Shown here in pieces: positions 25,610-34,974 of a stretch of 39,478 nt of DNA. How positions within the stretch are numbered: the stretch's first letter is position 1; every line of letters begins with the position of its first letter. The DNA is from Cyclobacteriaceae bacterium. GTDB taxonomy: Bacteria > Bacteroidota > Bacteroidia > Cytophagales > Cyclobacteriaceae. The translations under genes were made by a program, and so were the position numbers. The notes under the pieces were generated by a model, which was not told the DNA's origin, searched no databases, and saw only the letters and a program-made list of their open reading frames with translations. The stretch spans positions 1-39,478 of the forward strand of contig JBNLGG010000040.1 in assembly GCA_050305935.1 (NCBI GenBank). Direction: 5' to 3'.

Positions 25610-26530
25610 ATGGTCATTCTGGGAAGGAAGTTTGGAAGATTGGCGAATCGCCTTTGGGTGTTTACCAATTTCGCTGCCAATGCCATTGAGCATGGCTACG
25701 CATTGAGCTACCGGAATTTTGACGAATACATCGAATATTTCGAAGCGCCTTCCACAAATGACTTCGACGGTTACCCGATTAAATTCCGGTTATCAAAAAA
25801 CAAACTCCTGGACCGGCTGCGGTTCTGGAAGTTTTTTCTTTGGTACAATCTGGTCGTCAAAAAATTTAAAAGTGGACCAGGATTCTCGTTTATTGAAACC
25901 ACACCCTCCGGTAAGGCATTTCATCTCTACAATCCGAAATACCTGAAGTTGGCCTGTGATGAAAAGCAAAATCTCTATGTAGGCCATGGCGGTTTTTGGT
26001 TTATGGACAATGAGAACACCATCAAACACAAAGAGATTATTAAAAAGTTCTTGCGTCCAAAAAAAGAGTACCAAGAAATTGTTGAACAATTTATTTCCAA
26101 ATGCCGGAAAACCTCGGATTGCCTTGTGGGAATCCATTTGAGAAAAGGGGATTACAGGAGGTTTGAAGATGGGAAAAATTTTTATGAGGATGAGGTCTAC
26201 TATCATCAGATGAAGTACATCGCAAATATGCTCGGAGAAAGGGGCAAGACTTCACTTTTCATCCTTTGCTCTGACGAACCGATCAATCAAAATGCTTTTA
26301 AAGGGCTGCCGACCGTTGCGGGACCGGGACACCTGATTACCGACCTGTATGCGTTCGCTGAGTGTGACTACCTCCTCGGGCCACCGTCCAGCTACACGCT
26401 TTGGGCATCGTTTTACGGGGATGTCCCTTTAAAATTTTTGATGAAGAAAGAAACCGACTACGCACTATCGGACTTTCAGTTGGTCAAACATATCGGGGAT
26501 GCCTTTACCATGCAGGGACGGGAGTTCTAA
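25610..26530 (+). CDS. GT11-like glycosyltransferase (alpha-1,2-fucosyltransferase family signature)
   Basis: N-terminal GRLANRLW resembles the G-x-L-G-N-Q-M-F motif. HLRKGDY resembles motif I H-x-R-R-G-D-Y. SSYTLWASF resembles the S-T-F-S-W-W-A motif. Confidence 0.6.
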   Translation: MVILGRKFGRLANRLWVFTNFAANAIEHGYALSYRNFDEYIEYFEAPSTNDFDGYPIKFRLSKNKLLDRLRFWKFFLWYNLVVKKFKSGPGFSFIETTPSGKAFHLYNPKYLKLACDEKQNLYVGHGGFWFMDNENTIKHKEIIKKFLRPKKEYQEIVEQFISKCRKTSDCLVGIHLRKGDYRRFEDGKNFYEDEVYYHQMKYIANMLGERGKTSLFILCSDEPINQNAFKGLPTVAGPGHLITDLYAFAECDYLLGPPSSYTLWASFYGDVPLKFLMKKETDYALSDFQLVKHIGDAFTMQGREF

Positions 26531-26900
26531 ATTGTGCCCAACTAATTGCCGAAACAAAATCCAGCGTAAGACCCAATGACTCAGCTTAGTAGTTTTTTTC
26601 CTGAATTAAGCATCTTAAAAGCCGCATTTGGTGGCTATTTTATCCCCTTTTTATTCCACCCACACTAAAAAATATAGAGGTATTCAATCTTTGGTAGATT
26701 GCTGCTGCCGCTATTTTAATTTTACCAAATAATGCTAATTGGATGCCATTCGAACGGTATGTAAAAAAGCCTCGCAGATAAAAAAATCCCACTACCTTAT
26801 TTAAATCATATCACGACGAAAAAAACACTGAATGTTTTTGCGGTTATTTTATTTATGATTCCCGCTCATTATGACAGAAAGCAAGGCCCAAAGTCAAAAG

Positions 26901-27215
26901 ATGGAAGGCGAATTTATTCATTCGGTCTACTTCTGGTTGAAAAATCCTGGCAGTAAAGAGGATTGTGCGAAATTTGAACGTTCACTAACGAATTTTATTA
27001 ATAACTCGGAATTTATCATGCAGAAGCACGTAGGCAAACCAGCCAAAACCAATCGCGAAGTGATTGACAACACCTACAGCCTGGTGCTTTCCTTTAAAAA
27101 CAAAGAAATGCAGGACAAATACCAAACGGAGCCCGGGCACCTAAAATTCATCCAAGAAAGCGAAGCACTTTGGGAAAAAGTGCTGGTCTATGATTCAGAA
27201 AATATATTGAAGTAA
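26901..27215 (+). CDS. Dabb-type stress-responsive alpha/beta-barrel protein
   Basis: About 100-aa ferredoxin-like fold (FIHSVYFWLK…KFE…H). Start at MEGEF preferred; the upstream ATG is at 26871. Confidence 0.6.
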   Translation: MEGEFIHSVYFWLKNPGSKEDCAKFERSLTNFINNSEFIMQKHVGKPAKTNREVIDNTYSLVLSFKNKEMQDKYQTEPGHLKFIQESEALWEKVLVYDSENILK

Positions 27216-27222
27216 AAATATG

Positions 27223-27249
27223 ATGAGTTGTGACTCATTGCTACAACTC
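27223..27249. terminator. overlapping inverted repeats between the convergent Dabb and dehydratase genes
   Basis: ATGAGT tgtg ACTCAT nested in GAGTTGT…ACAACTC. There is no clean U-tract, so assignment as a terminator is tentative. Confidence 0.3.
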
Positions 27250-27255
27250 ACTCGC

Positions 27256-28671
27256 TTAACTCCAAATTCTATCCCAAGACCTTATTTCATTCCACTCGGG
27301 CGTAGGGGCAAAATATTTCGCTCCAGGATACAAGTGCTCTTTCACCACATCTTCATTTAATTCCACTCCCAACCCGGGTTTTTCAGGCACTTTTACATAC
27401 CCCTTATCAACAATAGGCTTTTCGATCCCTTTTACAAGATCTTCCCACCAGGGAATATCTACGGAATGATGTTCCAGCGCCACAAAATTCTGTGTTGCGG
27501 CTGCACAGTGTACATTTGCCATAAATGAAACCGGCGTGCCGGCAAAGTGCATGGCCATAGGAATTCCCTTTTCCTCCGCATAATCCCCAATTTTTTTGGT
27601 TTCCAATATTCCTCCAGCAGAAGCCAGGTCGGGATGGATCATATCTACGGCTCGTTTATCGATCAATTTGATAAATTCCTCCTTCAAGTAAATATCCTCG
27701 CCAGTAAGTGTGGGTGTATTTATTGACAGCGTAATCTCCCTCCACATATCCGTATAATCCCAGGGAACAAGATCTTCCAACCACGCCAGACGATATGGCT
27801 CCATGGCATTGCCTAAACGTATACATTCATTGACGCCGAAGTGTCCAAAATGATCAGCAGCCAATGGGATCTCATATCCAATGCCCTCTCTCACCTTTGC
27901 CACATATTCCACCATTTTTTCTAATCCCTTGTCTGTGATCTGTACACTGGTAAAGGGGTGGCGGGTAGCGCCATAGGTGTTTGGTTCGTTATCCCATTGG
28001 CGCTTTAACTCCCATTCGTTTTTATTGACAATGGTATCTTTTCCATCTGACACCATGTGTATCCCAAAATCCATTTTCAAAAAAGTGAATCCCTGGTTTA
28101 CCCTGTCCTTCATTCTCTCCGCATAAACAACTGGATCTTGTGAAGAAGCCGTATCGCAATAGATTTTAATTTTATCCCTGTATTTACCCCCTAACAATTG
28201 ATAAACCGGTACGTCGTATGCCTTACCGGCCAAATCCCAAAGCGCCATCTCTACTCCGGATACACCTCCACCCTGGCGACCATGATAGCCAAACTGCTTG
28301 ATAAGCTTAAATAACTGCTCCACACTGCACGGGTTCTTACCCAATAACCTTGATTTCAGAAAAAGCGCATACCGCTCACTGGCGCCGTCACGCACTTCGC
28401 CCAATCCGTAGATTCCCTGGTTGGTTTCTATCTTAATAATAGGGCAGCGCATGGGGGCCTTGTCCACCTCGGCAATACGCATATCCGTAATTTTAAGATC
28501 AGAGGGAGATGAGTTCCGATTCACTTTTTGCGTGGCATAGGCAACATCATCCTCTGTAGTTTTAAACATAAATCCCAAAACCAGACCTCCCGCAACCGCC
28601 TTTTTAAAGAATGAGCGTCGCCTGTTCCAGGGATTTGATTGAAGCTTTACTCTTTTACTTGAATTGGTCAT
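27256..28671 (-). CDS. enolase-superfamily dehydratase (D-mannonate dehydratase / RspA-like subgroup) with a twin-arginine signal peptide
   Basis: 471 aa. N-terminal NRRRSFFKKAVAGGLVLG Tat motif. MR/MLE core (KIKIY, LAADHF, LEDP, GEDIY, HPD) with the Lys and metal ligands. Confidence 0.75.
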   Translation of the reverse strand: MTNSSKRVKLQSNPWNRRRSFFKKAVAGGLVLGFMFKTTEDDVAYATQKVNRNSSPSDLKITDMRIAEVDKAPMRCPIIKIETNQGIYGLGEVRDGASERYALFLKSRLLGKNPCSVEQLFKLIKQFGYHGRQGGGVSGVEMALWDLAGKAYDVPVYQLLGGKYRDKIKIYCDTASSQDPVVYAERMKDRVNQGFTFLKMDFGIHMVSDGKDTIVNKNEWELKRQWDNEPNTYGATRHPFTSVQITDKGLEKMVEYVAKVREGIGYEIPLAADHFGHFGVNECIRLGNAMEPYRLAWLEDLVPWDYTDMWREITLSINTPTLTGEDIYLKEEFIKLIDKRAVDMIHPDLASAGGILETKKIGDYAEEKGIPMAMHFAGTPVSFMANVHCAAATQNFVALEHHSVDIPWWEDLVKGIEKPIVDKGYVKVPEKPGLGVELNEDVVKEHLYPGAKYFAPTPEWNEIRSWDRIWS

Positions 28672-28778
28672 GATCCTGTGTGTTTAATTCTTCAATAAAG
28701 GGATTGCGATGACTGATTTTTTGAAAAATCCTAAAACCTTCCTAGTTTCATCGGATTGCCTTCTATCTATAATATATT

Positions 28779-30122
28779 ATGAATCGCTCAATAAACTGGT
28801 ATAAAATCCTTCAAAGTATTTCTGTTATTTGTTTATTGGCGGTAATTATCCTGCTGCTTACAGACCATAAAAATGCTACCGCTCCCTTCCTTACAGCTTT
28901 CTTTATTTCACTGGCGATTGGCATCAGGGGGAATGAAAATTTAAAAGGTTTTTCCTATACATTCTGGATATTTTCGGGGGTTACAGCAGCGATGTATTAC
29001 CCGGAAGCCTTCAGAAGTGCTGGTGATCTGGAGTTTAAGACATTCATCGTTCCCCTTTTGCAAATCATCATGTTTGGTATGGGTACCACCATGACTCTGG
29101 ATGATTTTAAGGGAGTAGCTAAAATGCCAAAAGGAGTGATTGTCGGCCTTATTTGCCAGTTTACCATCATGCCGGTCATAGGACTGACCATCGCCCATGT
29201 TTTCAGTTTCCCTCCGGAAATTGCCGCGGGTATTATTTTGGTTGGTTCTTCGCCAAGCGGCCTGGCATCCAATGTGATGGCCTATATCGGCAAGGCCAAT
29301 CTCGCACTGTCAATTACCTTAACAGCCTGTGCCACTTTACTGGCTCCAATATTGACACCGGCATTGATGAAATTTTTAGGCGGTGAATTTGTCCCTGTTA
29401 ATTTCTGGAACATGATGATCAGCATCATCGAGATGGTGATTATTCCGATTGTGGCCGGATTACTGTTTAATTATACTTCTCATGGACGATTGAAGTTTTT
29501 TCAGGATCGGCAAACCAAGGTGTTTTTCAAACTCCTTGCTGGCACAGTAATGACCATTCTCGTATTCTTCATTTTGGGAATGTTGTTCCAACCAGTCCTC
29601 AATGAAGAATTAAGCTTTGCCGGTTTATTTCAGAAAAATATCGTCCTTCGGGTCTTTGAAACGATGGTCTATGCAGGAATTATTACTTTCTATATTCCGC
29701 TGCAATTGGGACTAATAGTTCATCACTTTAAAAAGGCCGATCTGGTGTATAAAATGATGCCCTTAGTTTCAATGGTGGGAATTGCTATCATTATTACGAT
29801 TATCACTGCATTGGGAAGAGATAATCTCCTGACTATAGGGATGGCGCTTATCTTTGCCTGTTTGTTGCACAATATGTCGGGATATTTTCTGGGGTATTGG
29901 GCTTGCCGACTAATCGGACTCGATGAAAAGTCCTGCCGGACCATTTCCCTTGAGGTTGGTCTTCAAAATGGCGGGATGGCGAGCGCTTTGGCACAGGTGA
30001 TGGGCAAGGCCGCTACTGTGGGGCTGGCACCGGCCGTTTTCGGACCGATGATGAATATTACCGGTTCTACGTTGGCCATTTGGTGGCGAAGAAAAAAGAT
30101 AAAAAATGATCTCTCCGAATAA
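28779..30122 (+). CDS. bile acid:sodium symporter (BASS) family permease with an N-terminal extension
   Basis: Multi-TM protein. SBF motifs GLICQFTIMP, GSSPSGLASNVMAY and LEVGLQNGG. Confidence 0.75.
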   Translation: MNRSINWYKILQSISVICLLAVIILLLTDHKNATAPFLTAFFISLAIGIRGNENLKGFSYTFWIFSGVTAAMYYPEAFRSAGDLEFKTFIVPLLQIIMFGMGTTMTLDDFKGVAKMPKGVIVGLICQFTIMPVIGLTIAHVFSFPPEIAAGIILVGSSPSGLASNVMAYIGKANLALSITLTACATLLAPILTPALMKFLGGEFVPVNFWNMMISIIEMVIIPIVAGLLFNYTSHGRLKFFQDRQTKVFFKLLAGTVMTILVFFILGMLFQPVLNEELSFAGLFQKNIVLRVFETMVYAGIITFYIPLQLGLIVHHFKKADLVYKMMPLVSMVGIAIIITIITALGRDNLLTIGMALIFACLLHNMSGYFLGYWACRLIGLDEKSCRTISLEVGLQNGGMASALAQVMGKAATVGLAPAVFGPMMNITGSTLAIWWRRKKIKNDLSE

Positions 30123-30134
30123 AATCCTATAACA

Positions 30135-31052
30135 ATGAAACGCTTCTTATTACTCTCAATTTCCCTGCTCTTTCTGCAAGCTTCAATTGCTCAATCGCTT
30201 ACCAAAGAAGGGTTGATATTTTTAACCCAGGAATGGGAAGGCGAACGTTTTGAAGATGGAAGACCAAAAATACCGGATGATCTGTTAAAACGTGCCATCC
30301 ATATTTCCATTGAAGAGGCCTGGGGCTATTTGAGAAATAAAGGCTTTAATAATCAATTTGAAGGCGACTGGAAAATGATCCACGATGATCAGCCGTTTGT
30401 GGGCCGGGCATTAACCGCCACCTATGTTCCCATGCGCCCTGATCTCATGAAGCGAATGGTAGACGAGGGTCACAAAAATGGCAGGATCGGCCCGATGAAT
30501 TCCTGGCCTATTGACATGCTCAAAGAAGGAGATGTCTATGTAGGGGACGTATTCGGAAAAATCGTTGATGGTACGCTCATTGGCGATAATTTAGGGAACG
30601 CCATTTATTCCAAGTCAAAGACAGGCGTCATCTTTTACGGAGGCTCACGGGATTTAGAAGGTTTGGAAGAGATAGATGGTTTTAATGCCCTTGTAAAGGG
30701 CTGGGATCCCAGCTATTTAAGAGAGGTGATGCTGATAGGTCTGAACGGACCGACACGCATTGGGAAGGCCATCGTGCTTCCGGGAGACCTCGTGCTGGCA
30801 AAAAAAGAAGGGGTCATTTTCATTCCTTCTCATCTGGCTAAGGAGACCATCATAAATGCAGAGTTTGTCGCCCTGAGAGATCAGTTTGGGCATCAAATGT
30901 TACGGGAAGGGAAATATACGCCCGGGCAAATCGACACCGCATGGACGGAGGAAATTAAAGCGGCATTCTTAAAGTGGCTGGACAATAAAGAAGACCAGCT
31001 TCCGATGACCCGAAAAGAGCTGGATGAGTATATGAAGGAAAGGAATTGGTGA
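30135..31052 (+). CDS. RraA/MenG-fold protein (class II pyruvate aldolase-like family) with a Sec signal peptide
   Basis: Signal peptide MKRFLLLSISLLFLQASIAQ. The RraA-like core begins near GRALTATYVPMRPD…GDV.VGD. Confidence 0.65.
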   Translation: MKRFLLLSISLLFLQASIAQSLTKEGLIFLTQEWEGERFEDGRPKIPDDLLKRAIHISIEEAWGYLRNKGFNNQFEGDWKMIHDDQPFVGRALTATYVPMRPDLMKRMVDEGHKNGRIGPMNSWPIDMLKEGDVYVGDVFGKIVDGTLIGDNLGNAIYSKSKTGVIFYGGSRDLEGLEEIDGFNALVKGWDPSYLREVMLIGLNGPTRIGKAIVLPGDLVLAKKEGVIFIPSHLAKETIINAEFVALRDQFGHQMLREGKYTPGQIDTAWTEEIKAAFLKWLDNKEDQLPMTRKELDEYMKERNW

Positions 31053-31062
31053 CGAGCATCCC

Positions 31063-31124
31063 GCGTCTGACGGTTCGGGCAGATTTTGTGGATTTGATGC
31101 TTTGATCTTCAAACCGTCTGACGC
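31063..31124. other. long imperfect hairpin (13-bp stem, 12/13 paired, ~36-nt loop) directly downstream of the RraA-like gene
   Basis: GCGTCTGACGGTT … AACCGTCTGACGC. Confidence 0.4.
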
Positions 31125-31143
31125 ATACTTCCACACTCAATTT

Positions 31144-31267
31144 CCCGGCTCCTGCCGGGTAATCTATATTTTACAAGCTTCCAGCTAAAATAGGAATGTT
31201 GCAATGTTGGCTTCTACTCCAGTCAGCCGGAGGCTTCAAACATATTTCTCACCCGGCAGGAACCGGG
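31144..31267 (+). mobile_element. MITE-like element copy 1 (~125 bp) with terminal inverted repeats
   Basis: The left end CCCGGCTCCTGCCGGGTAATCTATATT is inverted at the right end as ACCCGGCAGGAACCGGG. The internal sequence is ~80% identical to copy 2. No ORF. Confidence 0.6.
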
Positions 31268-31277
31268 CGAGTAATGG

Positions 31278-31688
31278 TTACTCGATTGTGATTGCACTTT
31301 TTTCCTCTTTGGCCTTCCGAATAGCACGAAACATTACCTCAAATAAATCTTCACCATCCGAAGTCACAAAATAGTTGGATAAGTCGGTAATTTCCGAGCT
31401 AATATCACCACCCCAAGGAGGCTGTTTTGTCAAATCCATTTTATCCCAAATCACTTTGTTCGGACTGAATTTTTTCAATCTTTTTTGAATCTCCCTTAGT
31501 TCCCTTTCAGCTTTTTCCAGGTTTCTAAATGACAATTCTTCATTGTAAAACTCTGCCAAAATAGTTTTATATCTTTTACCAAAAATCCCTTTGTTTAGAT
31601 GATAATCAATTGTGTCAAAGAATGAAATTAAAAAATCACTAGCGCCTATTTCAAAAGTGGAATTTTTTGTTCTTAAACGAACTCCCAT
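31278..31688 (-). CDS. AT-rich orphan hypothetical protein (136 aa) between the two MITE-like copies
   Basis: Intact 136-aa ORF. Composition is much more AT-rich than flanking genes. Charged and helical; no recognisable domain. Confidence 0.45.
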   Translation of the reverse strand: MGVRLRTKNSTFEIGASDFLISFFDTIDYHLNKGIFGKRYKTILAEFYNEELSFRNLEKAERELREIQKRLKKFSPNKVIWDKMDLTKQPPWGGDISSEITDLSNYFVTSDGEDLFEVMFRAIRKAKEEKSAITIE

Positions 31689-31842
31689 ATTTCTAATAAC
31701 AAAAATTGATTGTAGTCCCCGGTTCCTTCATGCTTTTGTTAATGCGTCAAACAAATAAACATTTGACAACTTTTAAAGGCTTTAAGATATAAACACTGGG
31801 TCAAATCAAATAAGATTTTACTAGAAAATCATCACCCAATTG

Positions 31843-31967
31843 CCCGGCTCCTGCCGGGTAATCTATATTTTACAAGCTTCCAGCTAAAAACAGAAATGTG
31901 GAAATGATGATTTATTTTCCAGCCAGCCAAAGGCTTCAAACATATTTCTCACCCGGCAGGAGCCGGG
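31843..31967 (+). mobile_element. MITE-like element copy 2
   Basis: Same TIRs with a perfect 17-bp core (CCCGGCTCCTGCCGGGT / ACCCGGCAGGAGCCGGG) and the same internal sequence. Same orientation as copy 1. Confidence 0.6.
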
Positions 31968-32385
31968 CGATTGAATTGGTATCTTTCCGAAAGTTCCAAA
32001 CTCTCGGAAAGATGCTAAGGAAGTTTTGATCGCTCCGTCACTTGAAAAGGTGTTTTGAAAATCCGGGGCGAAACAGTCTAAGCTTAAATGCGCCAGCCCT
32101 GGGTATTACAATTTAAGCAGTCAATTTATATTGACTATTCCCTTTTGTTCTACTTCTACTCACCCTAAGCAAATCCCAGGAATTTTTAGCACTAAAATAC
32201 CACTGATAATTCTTCTTCAAACGATTTTCAGTCAATCTTCGAGGTACCCCTGAACCCATTCCTCACATACACATGAAACTGACAATAATCTTTTATTTTA
32301 TCCGACCGCCGGTCAAAAGTTTATTTTTTTCAGGATGATCATTGATTAATTTTGATACATCAAAAACCTTAAACAATACCTCCAG

Positions 32386-33372
32386 ATGAATTACAGAACA
32401 CTCGGCAAAACTGGATTTAACATTTCAGAGATTTCACTTGGCACCTGGCAGATTGGTGGTGACTGGACGCACAAAATGACCGTGGAGGATGGCAAAAAAC
32501 TCGTCGAAGAGGCCATAGAAAATGGCATTAATTTCATCGATACAGCAGATGTATATGGCATGGGGCTGAGTGAAAAAGCGGTGGGTGAAGTCGTGAAGAG
32601 CCGGTCTGAAAGGGTCCACGTCGCTACAAAATGCGGAAGACAAATCAATCCCCATATCAGTGAAAACTATACTCCGGAAGTGTTAAGAAAATATGTTGAG
32701 GCGAGTTTGAAAAACATGGGAATGGAGTGCCTGGACCTCATCCAATTGCATTGTCCACCTACCGAGGTCTACTACCAGCCGGAAATCTTCGAATTGTTTG
32801 ATCGCCTGAAAGATGAAGGAAAGATATTGAACCTCGGCATAAGCGTGGAAAAGATCGAAGAAGCGATCAAGGGTATGGAGTTTGACAATGTGACCACTGT
32901 CCAGATCATTTTTAATATGTTCAGGCAGCGACCGTCGGAGTTATTCTTTGACCTGGCAAAAAAGAAAAATGTAGGTGTGATAGTGAGGGTACCCTTAGCG
33001 AGTGGATTATTGACTGGCAAATATTCGTCTTCCACCCAGTTTGACACAAACGATCACCGCAATTTTAACCGGAATGGAGAGCTGTTTGACAAAGGCGAAA
33101 CCTTTTCCGGTGTGGATTATGATACAGGGCTACAGGCAGTAGAAAAATTAAGAACATTGTTTCCAGACCAGGAAAACCTGGCGCCCATTGCGCTGAAATG
33201 GATCCTTCAATTTGATGCCGTGAGTTGCATTATTCCGGGAGCATCGTCTTCAAAACAACTGCAATCAAACCTTTCGGCTTCGCAGGTACCTGATTTCACA
33301 AAAGAGCAAATCAAGGGTATCCAGGAAATTTATAATGAAATGATCAAGTCTTTAGTCCATCAACTTTGGTAA
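32386..33372 (+). CDS. aldo/keto reductase
   Basis: AKR N-terminus (LGKTGFNISEISLGTWQIGG), IDTADVYG, and catalytic Tyr/Lys/His context. Confidence 0.85.
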   Translation: MNYRTLGKTGFNISEISLGTWQIGGDWTHKMTVEDGKKLVEEAIENGINFIDTADVYGMGLSEKAVGEVVKSRSERVHVATKCGRQINPHISENYTPEVLRKYVEASLKNMGMECLDLIQLHCPPTEVYYQPEIFELFDRLKDEGKILNLGISVEKIEEAIKGMEFDNVTTVQIIFNMFRQRPSELFFDLAKKKNVGVIVRVPLASGLLTGKYSSSTQFDTNDHRNFNRNGELFDKGETFSGVDYDTGLQAVEKLRTLFPDQENLAPIALKWILQFDAVSCIIPGASSSKQLQSNLSASQVPDFTKEQIKGIQEIYNEMIKSLVHQLW

Positions 33373-33379
33373 GAAACCT

Positions 33380-33952
33380 ATGAGCGACTACCTCGAAAGC
33401 GTTAACCGGCAATTTCGCTACTATAAAATGCTCGGCGACAAATCAATCTCCCAGGTGCCCGATGACATGCTTCACTGGTCGCCCGGAGAGACGAGCAACA
33501 GCATTGCGCAAATCGTAAAACATCTTCGCGGAAATATGCTTTCCCGATGGACTGATTTTCTGGACAGTGACGGCGAAAAACCCTGGCGCAACCGCGACGA
33601 CGAATTTGTGGATGATATACCGGACAAAGAACAAATGATAAAATACTGGCAGGAAGGCTGGAAATGCCTTTTTAACGCCCTCGACGAGCTGGAGGATTCT
33701 GACCTGGAGAGCATCGTTTACATCCGGAACCAGGGACATACTGTAGTCGAAGCAATCAACCGGCAATTGTCACATTATTCTTATCACATTGGGCAAATTG
33801 TATTCCTGTCAAAAATAATCACAGGAAACGACTGGCAATACCTTTCCATTCCCCCGGGCAAATCAAAAGAGTTTAATCAGGAAAAATTTTCAAAAGAGAA
33901 AAGTAAGAGGCATTTTACGGACGATTTTCGAAATCAGGAAACGACCGATTAA
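33380..33952 (+). CDS. DinB/YfiT-like (DUF1572-type) four-helix-bundle protein
   Basis: About 190 aa. H-x(n)-H…H pattern (IVKHLRGN…SHYSYHIGQ) typical of the DinB_2 superfamily. Confidence 0.5.
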   Translation: MSDYLESVNRQFRYYKMLGDKSISQVPDDMLHWSPGETSNSIAQIVKHLRGNMLSRWTDFLDSDGEKPWRNRDDEFVDDIPDKEQMIKYWQEGWKCLFNALDELEDSDLESIVYIRNQGHTVVEAINRQLSHYSYHIGQIVFLSKIITGNDWQYLSIPPGKSKEFNQEKFSKEKSKRHFTDDFRNQETTD

Positions 33953-33970
33953 GAATTATCCTACTACACA

Positions 33971-34876
33971 ATGACGATTAACCAGAAGAATAACCATTTT
34001 ATTTTTTACGGGATCACTCCACCCAAATTAAATACTGAAAAAGAAAAAATTACCGCCATTGCGCAACGGCAAATCGACAGGATAAAGGACCTCGACCTTG
34101 ATGGACTGATTTTGTACGACATTCAGGATGAATCATCCAGAACGGAGATACAGCGGCCCTTTCCCTTTATGGAGACCATTCCGCCGGAAGTTTATAGCAA
34201 GGACTATCTCGGCGAATTAAAAATCCCCAAGATCATCTATCAAAGTGTGGGGAAATACAACAAGGAGATGCTTTCGGGGTGGTTTCAGGAAAATTCAAAT
34301 GAACTTCCTTATGTGGTGCTTGTAGGATCTCCATCTAAAAACCAGCAACCTGCCATGAGCCTGCAAGAAGCTTATGAAATCAGAAGAAACTCCCATCCCA
34401 CTTCTTTTTTAGGTGGGGTAACGATCCCCGAACGACACTTTAAAAAGGAGGACGAACATCTCAGGCTGGTTCATAAAATGGAGAAAGGGTGTAGCTTCTT
34501 CATTTCACAATGCGTCTACAGTATCCACAATGTGAAAAACTTCCTTTCGGATTACTACTTTTACATGAAAGAAAAAAACCTGGAACCTGCCCCGATAATT
34601 TTCACGCTGACTCCATGCGGTTCAAAAAAGACCCTCAATTTTTTAGAATGGCTGGGCATCGATATTCCCAAATGGCTAAAGAATGACCTGTACCACTCTG
34701 AAGATATCCTTTCCAAATCTGTGGAAAGCTGTAAGCACATTTCCAGCGACCTCAAAGATTATTGTGACGAAAAAAAGATTCCCTATGGGTTTAACATTGA
34801 AAGTGTGGCTATTCGAAAGGAAGAAATAGAGGCTTCGATCGATCTTTTGAAATATGTCAAAACAATGATGAGCTAA
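33971..34876 (+). CDS. methylenetetrahydrofolate reductase (MetF/MTHFR)-like TIM-barrel protein
   Basis: FIFYGITPPK N-terminal strand, LVGSP and FFISQ motifs resembling the MTHFR family. Divergent. Confidence 0.5.
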   Translation: MTINQKNNHFIFYGITPPKLNTEKEKITAIAQRQIDRIKDLDLDGLILYDIQDESSRTEIQRPFPFMETIPPEVYSKDYLGELKIPKIIYQSVGKYNKEMLSGWFQENSNELPYVVLVGSPSKNQQPAMSLQEAYEIRRNSHPTSFLGGVTIPERHFKKEDEHLRLVHKMEKGCSFFISQCVYSIHNVKNFLSDYYFYMKEKNLEPAPIIFTLTPCGSKKTLNFLEWLGIDIPKWLKNDLYHSEDILSKSVESCKHISSDLKDYCDEKKIPYGFNIESVAIRKEEIEASIDLLKYVKTMMS

Positions 34877-34974
34877 ACAATGGGAATTTTTAAAAAAATA
34901 ATGAGCTTCGTTTTTTGATTAGGTGGATGATTCCTTTATTTGAGGGCACAAAATGAATCGCCAAGCTAGCCTCG

